From Eledone cirrhosa (lineage: Eukaryota), in assembly GCA_964016885.1 (NCBI GenBank), contig OZ024742.1:265546001-265610000 (forward strand): 64,000 nucleotides of DNA. Reading direction: 5' to 3'. The notes under the pieces are model-generated. The model saw only the letters and a program-made list of their open reading frames with translations, was not told where the DNA came from and ran no database searches. The translations under genes and the position numbers were made by a program. Below, piece after piece: positions 30,582 to 44,441 of the stretch (the first letter of the stretch is position 1; every line of letters starts with the position of its first letter).

Positions 30582-30930
30582 GTGTTGTTGTTATTTCTGT
30601 TACTGCTGCTAATGTTGTTCTTACTATTTATTGTTACTGTTGTAATTACTAGAGCTGTTAGTGGTGGTGTCGTTGCTATTGTCGTCGTTGTTTTTGTTAG
30701 TGTTACTGCTCTGGCTGATGTTGTTGTTGTTACTGCTGTTACTGTTGTTGATGTTGCTGCTACTGCTGTTACTGTTGTTGATGCTGTTGTTGTTACAGCT
30801 GTTACTGTTGTTGATCTTGTTGCTGTTACAGCTGTTACTGTTGTTGTTGTTACTGTTGTTGAGGTTGTTCTTGCTGTTAGTGTTGTTCTCACTATTGGTA
30901 TTGTCGTTTTCGTTGTTGTCGTTATCGTTA
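30582..30930. repeat. (GTT/GCT/ACT)n low-complexity repeat
   Basis: Direct inspection. Confidence 0.9.
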
Positions 30931-32467
30931 TACTTTTGTTAAATGGAATATCGAGAAACTTTCCAGGTGCATATACATGGTCTCGTGAAACATACGAATT
31001 TCCCGCAGAGTGCAGAGCTGTAGGGTAATGTAATGTGAAATAGTGTATTGTAGTACAGTATTAGATGTTTTTTGGTTGTTTCTGGGTTTTTTTTTTTTTC
31101 TTATTGGATTTATTTGTATGAAGGTGTTGTGCCCTTGGGTTTCTCCAGTCTTAAACTGGTGTCTCGAGGAAAGAATGTGTATTTACCCATCTTCCTAAAC
31201 CTGTGTCTCGAGGGATGAACGTGTTGTGCCATTGGTTTTCAGGTAAAATATAGACAAAGAGGAAATTCTAAGAAGACCAGGGTCTGGACCCAATAAAAAC
31301 GATAAGTGAGTCCAGAGTACCTCAATGGCGGTGGCACGAAATCGGCATAGTCAGAGGAGCAAAAGAATATCCATTGCAGTAACGATAGAAGAGGCAGTGA
31401 AAAAAAACAGCCGATCTGTGATCCACTGGTAGCTTCGAAATGTAGTAAGATGTAGGGTTCGGTCATCTGGATAAGGGTGTATGTTATAAGATCCGAAACC
31501 CCAGTGATGTTTCAAAGATTTTTCTTCCGTGGGTGTGAAAGATTGGTAGTAAGGTTTGTTATAATTTTTTCAGATATTTTCAAGTTGTTGAAGGTTTTTG
31601 GTCCCACTTGTTTCCACATGCCAGAGATATTGCAGTGAGAGAGGTGCGCAGTGTTCTAACCACACCGAAAGAAATTAGAAAGAATATGGGAAGTGAAGGG
31701 AGACGGATTGGTTCAATGTGAAAAATAGAAACCAATGACCACCACTGTAAAATGTGGGTACAGAGTTTAATTTAAAAGAGGTGTATAGGTATGGTGAATA
31801 TATAATGGTGTGACCATATGTTTACTGTGACAGCTATAAAACTACTGTCGTTGTAGTAACAATCGTTACATACATACATACATACATGACAAAGGCTAGG
31901 GGTCCTTCACTCCCAGTGGTTTAACCACGCGATCGGGTGTCCAGCCCGATTATTTCTATGTCCCCGCGCATGTACATACACATGCACCCATGTATATACA
32001 CATATACATACATATGTACATGTGTATATACATATTTACACACTTTTGGATGGCCGTTGACTCTTATGAGATCTTCCGCCCATACATACATACATACATA
32101 CATACATACATACATAAAACATACATATATACATACATACATACACGACTAATTAGGAAATTGCAAGTACAATCTATTAATGGTACAGTAAAAATATGTA
32201 AAACATTCCAAAAATTCTGAATCTAATAACTGCATATACACTTGAGCAGATACAAAGCATATGCACATGCACATTTACAACTTAAAACATCCACATCCAC
32301 ACATACAATAACATCCATACCTGCACAGGCATGCATACATATCTACTTAGTTGGTGTTGTTTAAATTCCAATGAGAGAGTCTTGTCTCTATGTTAGAAAC
32401 CGGGTCTCTCTCTACTGGCAAAAATTTGTGAAATTATAAAACCAGAAGAACATACATACATATACAT

Positions 32468-33091
32468 GATGGCTGCCCCCTCGTTATCAAGTATGGCCAT
32501 TGCACAATATACCATTAATAATAATTATTAATTAATTCTATCGTGCAATGCCTGTGCGTGAAGATATTTTTTAAAGTGAGGAAAGACTGTGCACTAAGCC
32601 AATCCCACTCTCTGAGCGACAGTAGCTATTACCCGAAAAGAAGAAAAGATCAACATCATTGGTAACTACTGAGCCGCAGGTTTTATATCGGAGTTATCCC
32701 AGTTTCCTGAGTTGCCTTCTCCTAGAAGAATGCCCTGACAAAGGCTAGGGGTCCTTCACTCCCAGTGGTTTAACCGCGCGATCGGTTGTCCAGCCCGACT
32801 ATTTCTATGTCCCGCGCATATACATACACATGCACCCATGTATATACACGTATACATATACATACATATGCACATGTGTATATACATATTTACACACTTT
32901 TGGATGGCCGTTGAATTTTATGGGTTCTTCCGCCCTTTGTCAGGTTTTGTTTTTTGTCCTGCAGGGTGTCCAAAATCACCCTCCTCACCAAGTAAACTTG
33001 GTGGGGTTGCCGGTTTAGTCGCCGACGACCCGACCATGCGACAGGTTGTACTGGGTTACATGTTACGAGTAGCACTCAAGAGTGACCCGAC
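32468..33091 (-). mobile_element. Probable RTE-related non-autonomous element in (TACA)n; a ~195 bp piece is duplicated at 31887-32081
   Basis: Minus-strand CTAGGAGAAGGCAACTC resembles RTE 5'UTR motifs; (TACA)n flanks; duplication seen directly. Confidence 0.45.
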
Positions 33092-33279
33092 ATACATACA
33101 TACATACATATCTTCATATATATGTTTGTGTGTGTGTTTATGTACCGTAACAGAGGTTCGACAATAAAGAATTTGTTTAAACAAGTACCGGACTTTAAAA
33201 AAGTACTGGGAACGATATGCTCAACTAGATTAAGGTAGTACCCCATAATAGTCGTTGTCTCAACTGAAACTGATAAAAG

Positions 33280-33356
<77 letters not shown>

Positions 33357-33967
33357 TACATAAGGTCATGTTTCAAAACGAAAGTGAATTTACGACGACT
33401 GCGATGTTTATTTATTTGGAGTTTATTTGGCGGGTAATTTAGACATTATTAAAACAATTTTTTTTTTTTAAATAATGTATTTTGTAACTTACTTTGTAAC
33501 TTAATTTTGCAAATATGAATTATATCAGAAAAAATAAGGGAAAGTGCCTTTCGTAATTTCTGGATCCCAAACGAAATTAGGGGTACTCATAGTCTTATAT
33601 TTTCAACGTACCGATAACAAAAAGTTGCCATGCGTGTGTGTATGAGGTGGGGGAAGAGGCTGCGGGTGTATATGTTTATCTTTTTTACCTATATATTGCA
33701 GAGCCACTCAGCAGACTGGGGAGCTGTGTGTGCTACGATAGTCCCTATACAAGGTACAGGCCCGGTCAAGGCATGTTTCTATATATAGAAGACCAGCAGT
33801 CGCTAATGTATCCAAATCAGTCTCCGTTATCCATATCATCAATGTTGTACAGTGGAAAGACGCGGGCCGAGAATTATATTTATACATATATATACTATTC
33901 ATAACCTATATATTTAGTCATCTCCGTTGGTAAAATGCGGGCAATTGATGAAAATACTATATAAACA

Positions 33968-34087
33968 TAATTGTTTCTACTTTTGGCACAAGGCCGGCAA
34001 TTAAACAGTGTATTACTGGTACTTTATTTTATCGACCCCGTAAGGATGAAAGGCAAAGTTAACCCGGACGGGATTTGAACTCAGACC
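33968..34087 (-). mobile_element. Main SINE, 3' half
   Basis: Reverse complement of B-box to tail. Confidence 0.88.
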
Positions 34088-34221
34088 ATGCATGTATACA
34101 TCTACGAACAAATTCTATTAATATATGAACATATAAGTATGTATGTATGGATATATATATATATATAAAGGCTAAAACCCACCTCGGTCACATATGACCA
34201 TGGGATTTGCACCTAAGTCCG

Positions 34222-34480
34222 GTCAAGGTTGTTTGTAGAAGACCAGCAGTCGCCTATGAATGCCAGTCTTCCCTCTCCACGCCACAGATGTTACCCAAAG
34301 GAAAGACAATGACCGAAACAGCCAGGCACCAGTGACGTCGCAACTCATTTCTACAGCTGAGTAAACTGGAGCAACGTAAAATAAAGTGTCTTGCTCAAGG
34401 ACACAACACATCACCCGGTCCAAGAATCGAACTCACAACCTCATCATTGCAAGCCCAACGCGCTAACCACTAAGCCATAC
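34222..34480 (-). mobile_element. Second SINE family (CORE-like), long copy
   Basis: Minus strand TGGCTTAGTGGTTAG...GAGTTCGATTC...GTCCTTGAGCAAGACACTT. Confidence 0.8.
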
Positions 34481-34555
34481 ACCTTCACAAACACACACAT
34501 CCCCCCCTCCACACACACACACACACACATCTATCTATACACACACACACACACA

Positions 34556-34776
34556 CGCCAGGGGGTGATGAAAAATTCCTTGCTATGGGTGAAAGAAAAT
34601 ACAGGAGGATCAGTCAATTATAATTTTATTCAACATATTACCCTCTCAGATTCACACACTTATTGCAGCGGTCTTTCACTTTTTTTCAGCCCTATAAAAA
34701 GAACTCGTAAGGTTGGGTCTCCAATCAGGCCTCTCTAGCAGCGATCAAGCCAGGAACATTTTAGCAGCTCCTCGTA
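34556..34776 (-). mobile_element. Mariner-derived MITE
   Basis: Imperfect TIRs (GGGGGTGATGAAAAATTCCTTGCT / AGCCAGGAACATTTTAGCAGCTCCTCGTA); minus strand encodes DRCNKCVNLRG*YVE*, like a mariner transposase C-terminus. Confidence 0.7.
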
Positions 34777-35989
34777 TATATATGTATATATATATAAGTA
34801 TATATATATGCCTATGTTTGTATGAATGTATCTATAAGTGAATGCATTTATGTATATACATGTGGTTTTTTTTCTGTGTGTATGTATGTATAAGCAAATA
34901 TATACATACATGTATCTATGCAAGGATAAATACAGGACCTACATGTGTGGTTTCCAGCCGGTGCATCTGTGGGGAATATGGATAGCCCAAGGGTGGGCCC
35001 GTGAATATCTCAACCCACTTCAATTAAGACCCATCTTAATCTATACCTCCGGGCATACAAAAACAGTCTTTTTCTGCCTTGGAAAATTTCTTTTGGAGAT
35101 CCTAAACGTATATACAAATACTTTACAGGCACACACACACACACACAAAGACACACATGAATGTATGTATCTTTACACACGCACACATACATACAAACAC
35201 ATGTTTGTAGAACATTGGTTTTGACGATAGATTTGCCTGTACATCTACCCACTCAATGTAAGTTAGCAGGGAGAATCAGCATAACAAAGCTGACCCTTTG
35301 AATTACAGGTACAACATATTTTTGACAGCTGCATGGACTAGAGCAACGTGAAATAAAGCGACCTACTCAAGAACTCAACACGCTGCCTAAAATCAAACTC
35401 ACGACCTTCCGATGGTGAGCCGAACATCATAAAAGCCTTACGTCTCCACATGGTATCCACACACAGATACACAAACACTTACATGTATGTATGTATGTAT
35501 GTATGTATGTATGTATGTATGTATGTATGTATGTATGTATGTATGTATGTATGTATGTGTGTATGTGTATATGTATGTATGTATGTGTGTATGTTTATAG
35601 GTAGGTAGAGTAGCGTAGCTAGAATTTGTGCCGCCCGGGGCAATCCTTGTATTTGCATTACCCCCACTACGAAAAAATATAATACACATCAAGCATACTT
35701 AAACAAAAAGTACCCCTCAAGCTACTCTACAATGACCTTTACCTTATGTATATATGTGTATGTATGTACGTATTTGTGTATGCATCGATATATATAATAT
35801 ACATGCGTGTGTGTGTGTGTGTGTATGTGTGTGTATATATATATATTACAGCATAAAAGAATATTTACGTTTATGTATGCATATATATATATAGATATAT
35901 AAATAAATATACGCGGGTGTGTATGATTGTGCGTGTGTGTATATATATATATATACAAGCATAAAAATAAAAGAATGTTTACGTTTATG

Positions 35990-36033
<44 letters not shown>

Positions 36034-36283
36034 TACACATACATAAACATTCTTTTATTATTTAACAGCATTAAGTCATTAGTCTACTACCATGCTGGAA
36101 CACAATTTAAAGGAATTTAGTTAATAAATCGTCCCCTCTACGTATTTTTAAATGCGGTACTTGCTATTAGGTGAACCGCTATGCTACGGCACATAAACAA
36201 ACAGGAACATAAATATATACACAGACACACAATTATATACATACATATATGCATACATACATACTTCTACACGCACCCAAATG

Positions 36284-36314
<31 letters not shown>

Positions 36315-36480
36315 TCATTTTTTAACGCTAAATAGTGAGTCTTGTTACCCTGGAGTTTCTCCTGCTTCTCATCAATTACATACGGGTATATATAAATATA
36401 TATATTCGGTTTTACAAACAATTTCCGTCTAACAAATTTAATTCACGGCCCTTATACACACACACATACACACACAAACA

Positions 36481-36518
<38 letters not shown>

Positions 36519-36564
36519 AACACAAGTACGTATGAGGGTATACATACATATATATATATATATG

Positions 36565-36628
<64 letters not shown>

Positions 36629-36907
36629 ATGTGCGTTTAACGTTTAGATGCGTGTAACTTCGTATAAACATCACTTACCTGTAGTGAGTGTAAAAGACAA
36701 TCCGAGCAGAAGGAATATCCACGAGTTGGCCATGGCTAGCAATGTTCGGCTGTTCGGGCCGGTACAACGTCATCGACTCCACTTTCTTCTCTCCTTCTTG
36801 TTGCTCTCAACTGCAACTGAATTTCACAAAACCCCACGTTTTTACATATTTATATATATGAGTGTATTTGTGTGTGTGTATATATACATACATATACATA
36901 TATATAC

Positions 36908-36939
<32 letters not shown>

Positions 36940-37288
36940 TTTGATGTTGTTGATGCTGTTGTTCTGTGGGTGTGTTGTAGTAGTATTTTCTTACGTTTTT
37001 ATTATGGTTTTCTTTTCTCTCGCTCTCTCTTTCTATCTAATGTTTGTTGCCATATCGTTTACGTTTTAAATCACTCCCACACTCCCTCCTCCCTCACTAA
37101 CTCTCTAATTATATCTCTCCCCTTCTTTCACTAACTTTCTCTATATGTTTCTCACACTCCAAATTCCCCCTCCCCTCTCTCTCTAGTTCTCTTTCTCTCC
37201 ACCCTTTCCGTTTACTTTTCGTTTTCTTTCTTTGTAACTCTCGTACCTACACACCGTCATCTCACTTTCTCTTCCCTATACCACCCCC

Positions 37289-37325
<37 letters not shown>

Positions 37326-37338
37326 AGGAGGGGGTCTA

Positions 37339-37404
<66 letters not shown>

Positions 37405-37415
<11 letters not shown>

Positions 37416-37635
37416 AAATATACATATATGATGTATACACATATATATATATATTTATATGTGTGTGTGTGTGTATGATATATACATTTATATATGTGTA
37501 AATATACATATATGATATATACACATATATATTTATATGTGTGTGTGTGTGTGTATGATATATACATATATATATGTGTAAATATACATATATGATATAT
37601 ACACATATATATATTTATATGTGTGTGTGTGTGTG
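37405..37635. repeat. ~80 bp higher-order tandem repeat (x~3) built from TA/TG microsatellite
   Basis: TGTAAATATACATATATGAT recurs at about 37413, 37497 and 37577. Confidence 0.8.
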
Positions 37636-37683
37636 CGTGTGCGTGTGTGTGCGTGTGTGCATGGGTGTGTATGTGTGTGTGCA

Positions 37684-37715
<32 letters not shown>

Positions 37716-38064
37716 CATGTGTGCGTGTATATACACGCGCACACACACACCAACTTTCTCGCTGGCTTTCCCCCTACCCAGTGTCTCTTCCTATCACAAA
37801 TTGCTTTCTTCTGTCTTCCTGTCGTCTATTATTCTTTCTCTCATTCACCCTCTATATATCTCTCTCTCTCCCTCTCCGTTATTTTCGCTTTCTTTTTACC
37901 TTGCTCAGCACACACACACATACACACATACACACACACTCACACACACAAGCATATATATATATATATACACATATATAAATATGCTTATATATATACA
38001 CATATATAAATATGCTTATATATATACACAAAGATAAATATGCTTATATATATATATATATACA

Positions 38065-38114
<50 letters not shown>

Positions 38115-38840
38115 GGGTCTCGTTTGCCTTAAAAAGGTGAAGGGACAAACCAACATTTGTTGATTCTTAAAGGGCATAAATTACTTATGGTGCCTTTCCC
38201 GGACCCTGTCACATAAGTAAAATTTTACGCTAATTAAATTTTATATATTCAAATGAAGTTCAGATATATAAAAAAAATAAGCTTAAAAAGGATGTTTGCC
38301 TTTCATCCTTACGCGGTCGATAAAATAAAGTACCAGTAATACACTGTATAAATGTGGGCCTTGTGCCAAAAGTAGAAACAATTATATCAAATAAACAAAA
38401 AATAAAATATAAACGTTTGAAAAAGTGTGTGTGTGTGGGGGGGGGGGGGGACTTGTCCCCTAGTACGCCCCTGAAACAAGGCCCTTGTGTATATATATAT
38501 ATGCTTCTTTTAGGGATTTGTGTGCAGATAAACAGTTCTGAATAAAGGACCCATGGACTACGTATAGAGACAATATATTAGTCATTGATCGTGATGTTTT
38601 CTTCGAAGTTTCACGGAAGTTAGCCGCTTATAAAAACACCGTGTTTTGATATACACATGCGTGTGTGTGCATCGAAGCACGCTGTTTTAAAAGCCGCTAC
38701 ACATACACACATACATAAATACACACATCCATCCATCCATCCATACATCCATCCATCCATCCATCCATCCATCCATCCATACATACATACATACATACAT
38801 ACATACATACATACATACATACATACATACATACATCTGT

Positions 38841-39033
38841 AATAATTGTTTCTACTTGTAGCACAAGGCCAGCAATTATCTCAGTGCATTACTGGTGCTT
38901 TATGTTATCGACCCGTAAAGATGAAAGGTAATTCTAACCTCGACGGGATTTGAACTCAGATTGTAAAGGGTCGTAACTCTATGCTGCAAATCATAGCGTC
39001 AGACCCTCTACCGATACTGCTAATCCACCGCCC
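38841..39033 (-). mobile_element. Main SINE, full length
   Basis: Reverse complement of the family sequence. Confidence 0.9.
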
Positions 39034-39425
39034 TACTGCCAAGGCACAAAGCCACCAGAGTGAGGGGAAGAGAAGTTGGTTAATTCGATTCCAGAAGTTG
39101 ACAGGTACTTTAATTCATCGACCCCGGATGGACGAATGAAAAAGCTGACATTGAACTCAAAACGTAAACAGCTAGAATAAATGCCGTAAAACATTTCTTG
39201 CAGAACTGTACCTTTTCTCCCAATACAGTGCATGTGTTCTCATGACTTTGTGGCTTCAGGGAATACAAGCATCATTTTTAACAATGTAAATAAACCTCAA
39301 ATTCAAATATTGTAATACTGTATCTCCCATCAGAAAAGAATTGTTGCCTTTTAATTATAAGCGTTGACTGCACTAGGATCCAAGCTAAAATAATGACTAT
39401 GGAATATCCAAGAGAAGATAAAAAA

Positions 39426-39612
39426 ATAATTGTTTCTACTTTTGGCACAAGGCCAGCAACTACCCAGTGCATTACTGGTACTTTATTTTATCGACCCCGT
39501 AAGGGTGAAAGGCAAAGTAAACCTCGGCGGGATTTGAACTCAGAATAGCAAGGACCGTAACTCTATGCGTCAAAGCATGGCGTCCGACCCTCTACTGATA
39601 CTGCCAATCCAC
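39426..39612 (-). mobile_element. Main SINE, full length
   Basis: Reverse complement of the family sequence. Confidence 0.92.
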
Positions 39613-40511
39613 AAGATAAAAAAATAATAATAACAAATAAACTATTTTATTCGAAAATCAGTCCCAGTTCGAATCTTACCGGAGGTGCTTTACTCTTTAA
39701 TATCCCATCTTTGCTTAATTGAGTTTTGGCTCAGCATTTTGTAGAGTTTGTACTCCTTTGTATTTAATTACATAAACCTCAAGACTAAATATGTCGGTGC
39801 GAGTTCGTATCAGAAAAATGTAGGTAGAAATATGATTTCCCAATTTCATTCCACACTTCATTTTTCACAACAAAGGCCTCCAGTTAAAACAAATATAGCT
39901 ATACCTTCCTTAAGATTGAATATGTGATGTTCGCGCTATTTTTATATTGTTCTGGTATCTCAAATTAGTACCATTGAACCACAAATATTATAAACACCTT
40001 GCATATTTCTACAAGTACATAGTGCCTGTTGAAGTATTCATCCACTTTTATAATTTTTCTCCTTATGTAGAGAACAAAACGTTGAATAATGCTACTAATT
40101 TTAGTGGCAATATCAACATGTTTATAATAAACAGCTATTATCTGCGACCTGATTTTGCGTGTGTGTCATTTTAACGGCTTGGCCGCATGCGTTGGGCAGG
40201 TAGCGAAATATTTAATTACTGTAGGGCTGGCAACCTTATAGTGTGGAAATAAGCTGTCTGAAGATTCATTTCTTTCCATTGGAAATTCTCTGGATTTCCA
40301 ATCTTTTGGAATGATGAAACCGTCGGTAACAGCAATAAAACAGGTGATTATTTAAATCGTTTTTTAATTTATTTAGAGAATTGTTTGATAACCACTTGCT
40401 CCGCTATTTTTATATTGTTCTGGTATCTCAAATTAGTACCATTGAACCACAAATATTATAAACACATTGCATATTTCTACAAGTACATTGTACCTGTTGA
40501 AGTATTCATCC

Positions 40512-40643
<132 letters not shown>

Positions 40644-40842
40644 ACGGAGGAGTTGTGGTAAGGAACCAGATGGACTATAACGCACCAGAGTACGCAATAC
40701 TTAGGGTAGTAGAGTGGGTAATAGGAGAAAGTATGACCCCGACGGCAGAGCTCAAGCAGTTTCGACGGCTATTTCTGTCCAGAAATAGTCCAGTAATAGC
40801 CGTCGAAACGGCTTGAGCTCTGCCGTCGTAGTCATACTTTCT

Positions 40843-40873
<31 letters not shown>

Positions 40874-40881
<8 letters not shown>

Positions 40882-41318
40882 AAGTAAGTCCTTCATCAGT
40901 GACCCTCCAACCGTCCCCGGCATTTCATCGCTTTAAGGGCCATATACCTCAGGTTGGTGCGGTCTGCGACTTCACAAAACTTATGTTTACCAAATTCGTA
41001 GACCAGACCTCTTCTTCCCCCCGTTAGACCTGTGCGAAATTCCTTCCTTGCTCACATTTCAACCAGGTTTGATGGTCTTTTGTCTCTTGTTCACGATTTC
41101 ACCGAGTTTATATTCATAGAAATCTGGGACTTGTCTCTTTCTTCTCACTTTCCGTTGCTTAAACCATTTTGTTTGTTACCCTAACGTCCCCTTTATTTAC
41201 GTGTCCCAACGACTTTTTTTAGCCGTTGTTCGCACCAACCTGAGGTATATGGCCCTTAAAGCGATGAAATGCCTGGGACGGTTGGAGGGTCACTGATGAA
41301 GGACTTACTTTTTCATAT
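40874..41318. mobile_element. MITE-like element with 88 bp terminal inverted repeats
   Basis: 40874-40961 and 41231-41318 are reverse complements with one mismatch; begins in (TA)n. Confidence 0.8.
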
Positions 41319-41352
41319 GTACCCCATTTGCAACGCGCAGCTCATTATTATC

Positions 41353-41384
<32 letters not shown>

Positions 41385-41411
41385 GTATATATATATATGT
41401 ATATATATATA

Positions 41412-42613
41412 CCTCACCCCCGCCCTCCCAACACCCGTGTTTCTTTCCCTCTCAACTACCACCCATGACTCTACCACTCCGGCGACATATCCTCCGTTTC
41501 TTCCGTATCCTCTCTTCTGACCCCGTCACTTCTCGCTTTTTTCCAAACCCACCCATTACTGCTTTTAAGCCCGCAACCTCCGCGACCTCCTGGTTCGCAG
41601 TTCCTTTTCGTCCTCTCCCACGACTCCACCCGGCTCTCATCCTTGTTCCCGTTCCCGCTGCAACACTTGTCCCTTCATTTCCACCCTCACCACTCTTACA
41701 GGCCTTAACGGGTCTTTCCGTATCCGCCACTCTTTCACCTGCACATCCACCCACGTTGTCTATGTCCTCCGGTGTTCCTTTTGCGGGTTTTTATACATTG
41801 GACAAACGGGACGCCGTATGGCGGACCGTTTTGCCGAACATTTGAGGAACATCAGACGCGGTTTGGATACTCCTGTCACCCGTCATTTCTGTTCTCCTGG
41901 TCATTCTTCCCTACATGTTTCAGTCCTGGGTGTCCTTTTACATCATGGATCACAGGCGTCGCGCACCAGGACTGAACAAAGTGTGATTCACCGTCTTGGT
42001 TCCTATTCCACTTTTGGACTCCACTCACCTCCCCAATTTCTCTAATACCCCGTCCATTATCACACTCCTTGATTCCTATCGCTTTCTCTTGATCATTAAC
42101 AGCTTCTCTTACAACTAATACATGCCGATACACACCCTTATATTAACATACTTTTGCTCATAGCTTCGTACTTACATGTAGACACTATTTTACTCACATA
42201 TACACACACATTACTTCTTAGCTTCGTTCGAACCTATAACATGTGTCTACACACACACACATGCTTACGCACGTGCTCAAGTATAGCTCTTTTTACAAAA
42301 CGTTTTTTTTTTCCATTTCAGGTAGACGCGCTCCATCATCCACTTTTCTAAAAAAAACAAATCATACACAAAACGCCAGCACCATCAGTTTTGCAAGCGA
42401 TATCAACATGAATGGACCTGTTATTTTTATCTAAACAGATTTTTTCCAATTTCATACCGCCCGTCCCCTCAATCAATTTTATTTCTAATTCTTTCTTCTG
42501 ATGAAGGACTAGCGTCCGAAACGTTAAGACCCTCTTCCTGCTATATCAAGCGCTAACCTAATATATACCTTCCATATACTGTACCGATTGTGTTGTTATT
42601 TCTGTTCACCTTT

Positions 42614-42617
<4 letters not shown>
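41412..42617 (+). mobile_element. 5'-truncated Penelope-like element (Neptune-like linker, GIY-YIG endonuclease, pLTR)
   Basis: ILSSDPVTSRFFPNPPITAF, CSRSRCNTC, VVYVLRCSFC, YIGQTGRRMADRFAEH..PVTRHF; HHR in 3' region; TA arrays on both sides. Confidence 0.88.
42494..42529 (+). ncRNA. Minimal type I hammerhead ribozyme
   Basis: TCTT-CTGATGA-a-GGAC tagc GTCC-GAAA-CG-TT-AAGA; palindromic ACGT stem III. Confidence 0.85.
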
Positions 42618-42665
<48 letters not shown>

Positions 42666-42668
<3 letters not shown>

Positions 42669-43385
42669 GAGGGTCATATTTGTGTAATATTGCCAGAATT
42701 AATAACAGAACACACTCATTATTTGGTTGGTTTTCGCTTTTCGCTTCTGTGTCTTTTATATCGGTAATCTAATTTATTCGGTCCTCAATGTTGCCATTGA
42801 CTGACCAACGGTCAAAAATAATACATATACAATATAGACACAAACACATATATATAGTTTATCAAAGTTCTTTCGTTGCACATCTGCAACATCGTCAGTG
42901 GTGCTATTGTTTCTTCCCGTTGCATTGTATTTTCTACGCCATCTTTATTTAGTCTGTTTATATATTTATTTATTTGTTTATTTTATTTTGTCTTCTTTGC
43001 GCATGCGTTTGCTTGTGTGTATAGTGTTTTGTTTGATGTGTGTTCGTGATTGGGTGACTGTGTATTGGTTAATGTATTCTATCTTTACTAGTGTGTGTTT
43101 ATATGTGTTTGTTGTTATTGTGCTTGTGTATGTATTTATTTATTTATTTATTTATCTATTTATATATTTATACTTCTCTTAGGTCAGTGTTGTTTGTTTG
43201 GGTGTTGTTGTTATTCCATTCATTCTTTCTGTTTAGCCTTGGCCTTCTAAGTTCTATTTCACTGGCCTCTCTGATTTGTCTATCTGCTGGGTCATTTCTA
43301 TGTTTAGATATTATTCTAATTTCTATGTTGTCTATGTTACCGTCGTGTTGTTGTCTGGCATGTTCGTATAGTACTGAAAGAATAA
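42666..43385 (-). mobile_element. 3' fragment of a Penelope-like element related to the 51-55 kb family
   Basis: LYEHARQQHDGNIDNIEIRIISKHRNDPADRQIREASEI..LNRKNEWN (GIY-YIG C-terminus); shared terminus ATGACCCTCCC; HHR. Confidence 0.85.
42861..42902 (-). ncRNA. Minimal type I hammerhead ribozyme
   Basis: Minus strand ACCA-CTGACGA-t-GTTGCA gatg TGCAAC-GAAA-GAAC-TT-TGAT. Confidence 0.75.
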
Positions 43386-44181
43386 ATGGAATAACATTGT
43401 TCCCAGCAAGCATGCCTTTTGAAGTGTTCCAAAAAACGGAGCTGGACTAATCTTCTTTAACCATCCTTGGAAACTCTTTGAGATAGTACCTAGTGCTCCT
43501 ATGAGAATCGGGACGACCTCGATCTCATGGCAGTTCCAAATCCTTTTTAACTCCCACTTTAAATCCTGGTATCGGTTAATTTTCTACCTTTCCTTTTCTT
43601 GCACTCTCGTGGAAAATGGGCAGGCTACATTTACAATCAGGCACGATCTTTTTTCCTTGTCCAAAACGACCAGGCCAGGCCTATTGTGTTCTAATTTCTT
43701 GTCCGTCTGTATCCTAAAATCCCGTACACCTTCACTTGATCGTTTTCTAGCACCGATTCAGGCTTATGTTTATACCACTTCTCAGAATGTGGTAAATTGT
43801 TTAGTTTGCATAGATGCCAGTGAATCACCTTTCCTATCATATCATGTCTCCAGTCTTTATAGTGAGTCTGGGCTAGGTGTTTACACTCGGATACAATGTG
43901 AGTCACAGTCGCCTCTCTCTCTCTCTCCACAGATCCTACACAGTGAGCTAGCCTCCTCCTTGTCAATATGGTGTTTCACCCACTTCGTTCTGAGGGCTTG
44001 CTCTTACGCAGCCATTAGTATTCCTTCTGTAGCTTTTTAAGGTCTCCTCTTTTTAACCAGTTCCATGTCTGTTGATCTCTGAATTCCGTTTTCTTAAAGA
44101 AGGTGCTATGAAGGGATTTTTCATGAAGGTTGCTCTTCTTCCTTGTTGTTATTTCTTCCTTGGACATCATAATTTTGAGCA

Positions 44182-44182
<1 letters not shown>
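43386..44182 (-). mobile_element. Dong/R4-clade LINE 3' fragment (CCHC plus restriction-like endonuclease), decayed
   Basis: TVTHIVSECKHLAQTHYKDWRHD..IHWHLCK..WYKHKPESVLEND; abuts (TAA)n at 44184-44237. Confidence 0.85.
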
Positions 44183-44227
<45 letters not shown>

Positions 44228-44237
44228 GTTATTATTA

Positions 44238-44441
44238 GGGTGGTGGATTGGCAGTATCGGTAGAGGGTCGGACGCCATGCTTTGACGCATAGAGTTACAG
44301 CCCTTGCCATTCTGAGTTCAAATCCCGCCGAGGTTAACTTTGCCTTTCATCCTTACGGGGTCGATAAAATAAAGTACCAGTAATGCACTGGGTATTTGCT
44401 GGCCTTGTGCCAAAAGTAGAAACAATTATTATTATTATTAT
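44238..44441 (+). mobile_element. Main tRNA-derived SINE, reference copy (MetaSINE-like central domain, (TAT)n tail)
   Basis: A-box-like TGGCAGTATCGG, B-box GAGTTCAAATCCC, GCCTTTCATCCTTACGGGGTCGATAAAAT; about 20 copies in the window. Confidence 0.92.

Noticed and set aside
29807-31028. Gly/Ser, poly-His and poly-Val/Thr ORFs
   Set aside because: Trinucleotide repeats flanking a SINE; no domain or splice support
39650-40420. Possible host exon or MADF-like fragment
   Set aside because: Only a few suggestive residues, interrupted by stops; not supportable without a search
41285-41318. CTGATGAAGGAC as an HHR core in the 88 bp TIR
   Set aside because: No closing stem II or downstream GAAA, and no valid permuted topology found
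44238-44330. tRNA gene suggested by A/B boxes
   Set aside because: No cloverleaf; it is the head of a multi-copy SINE
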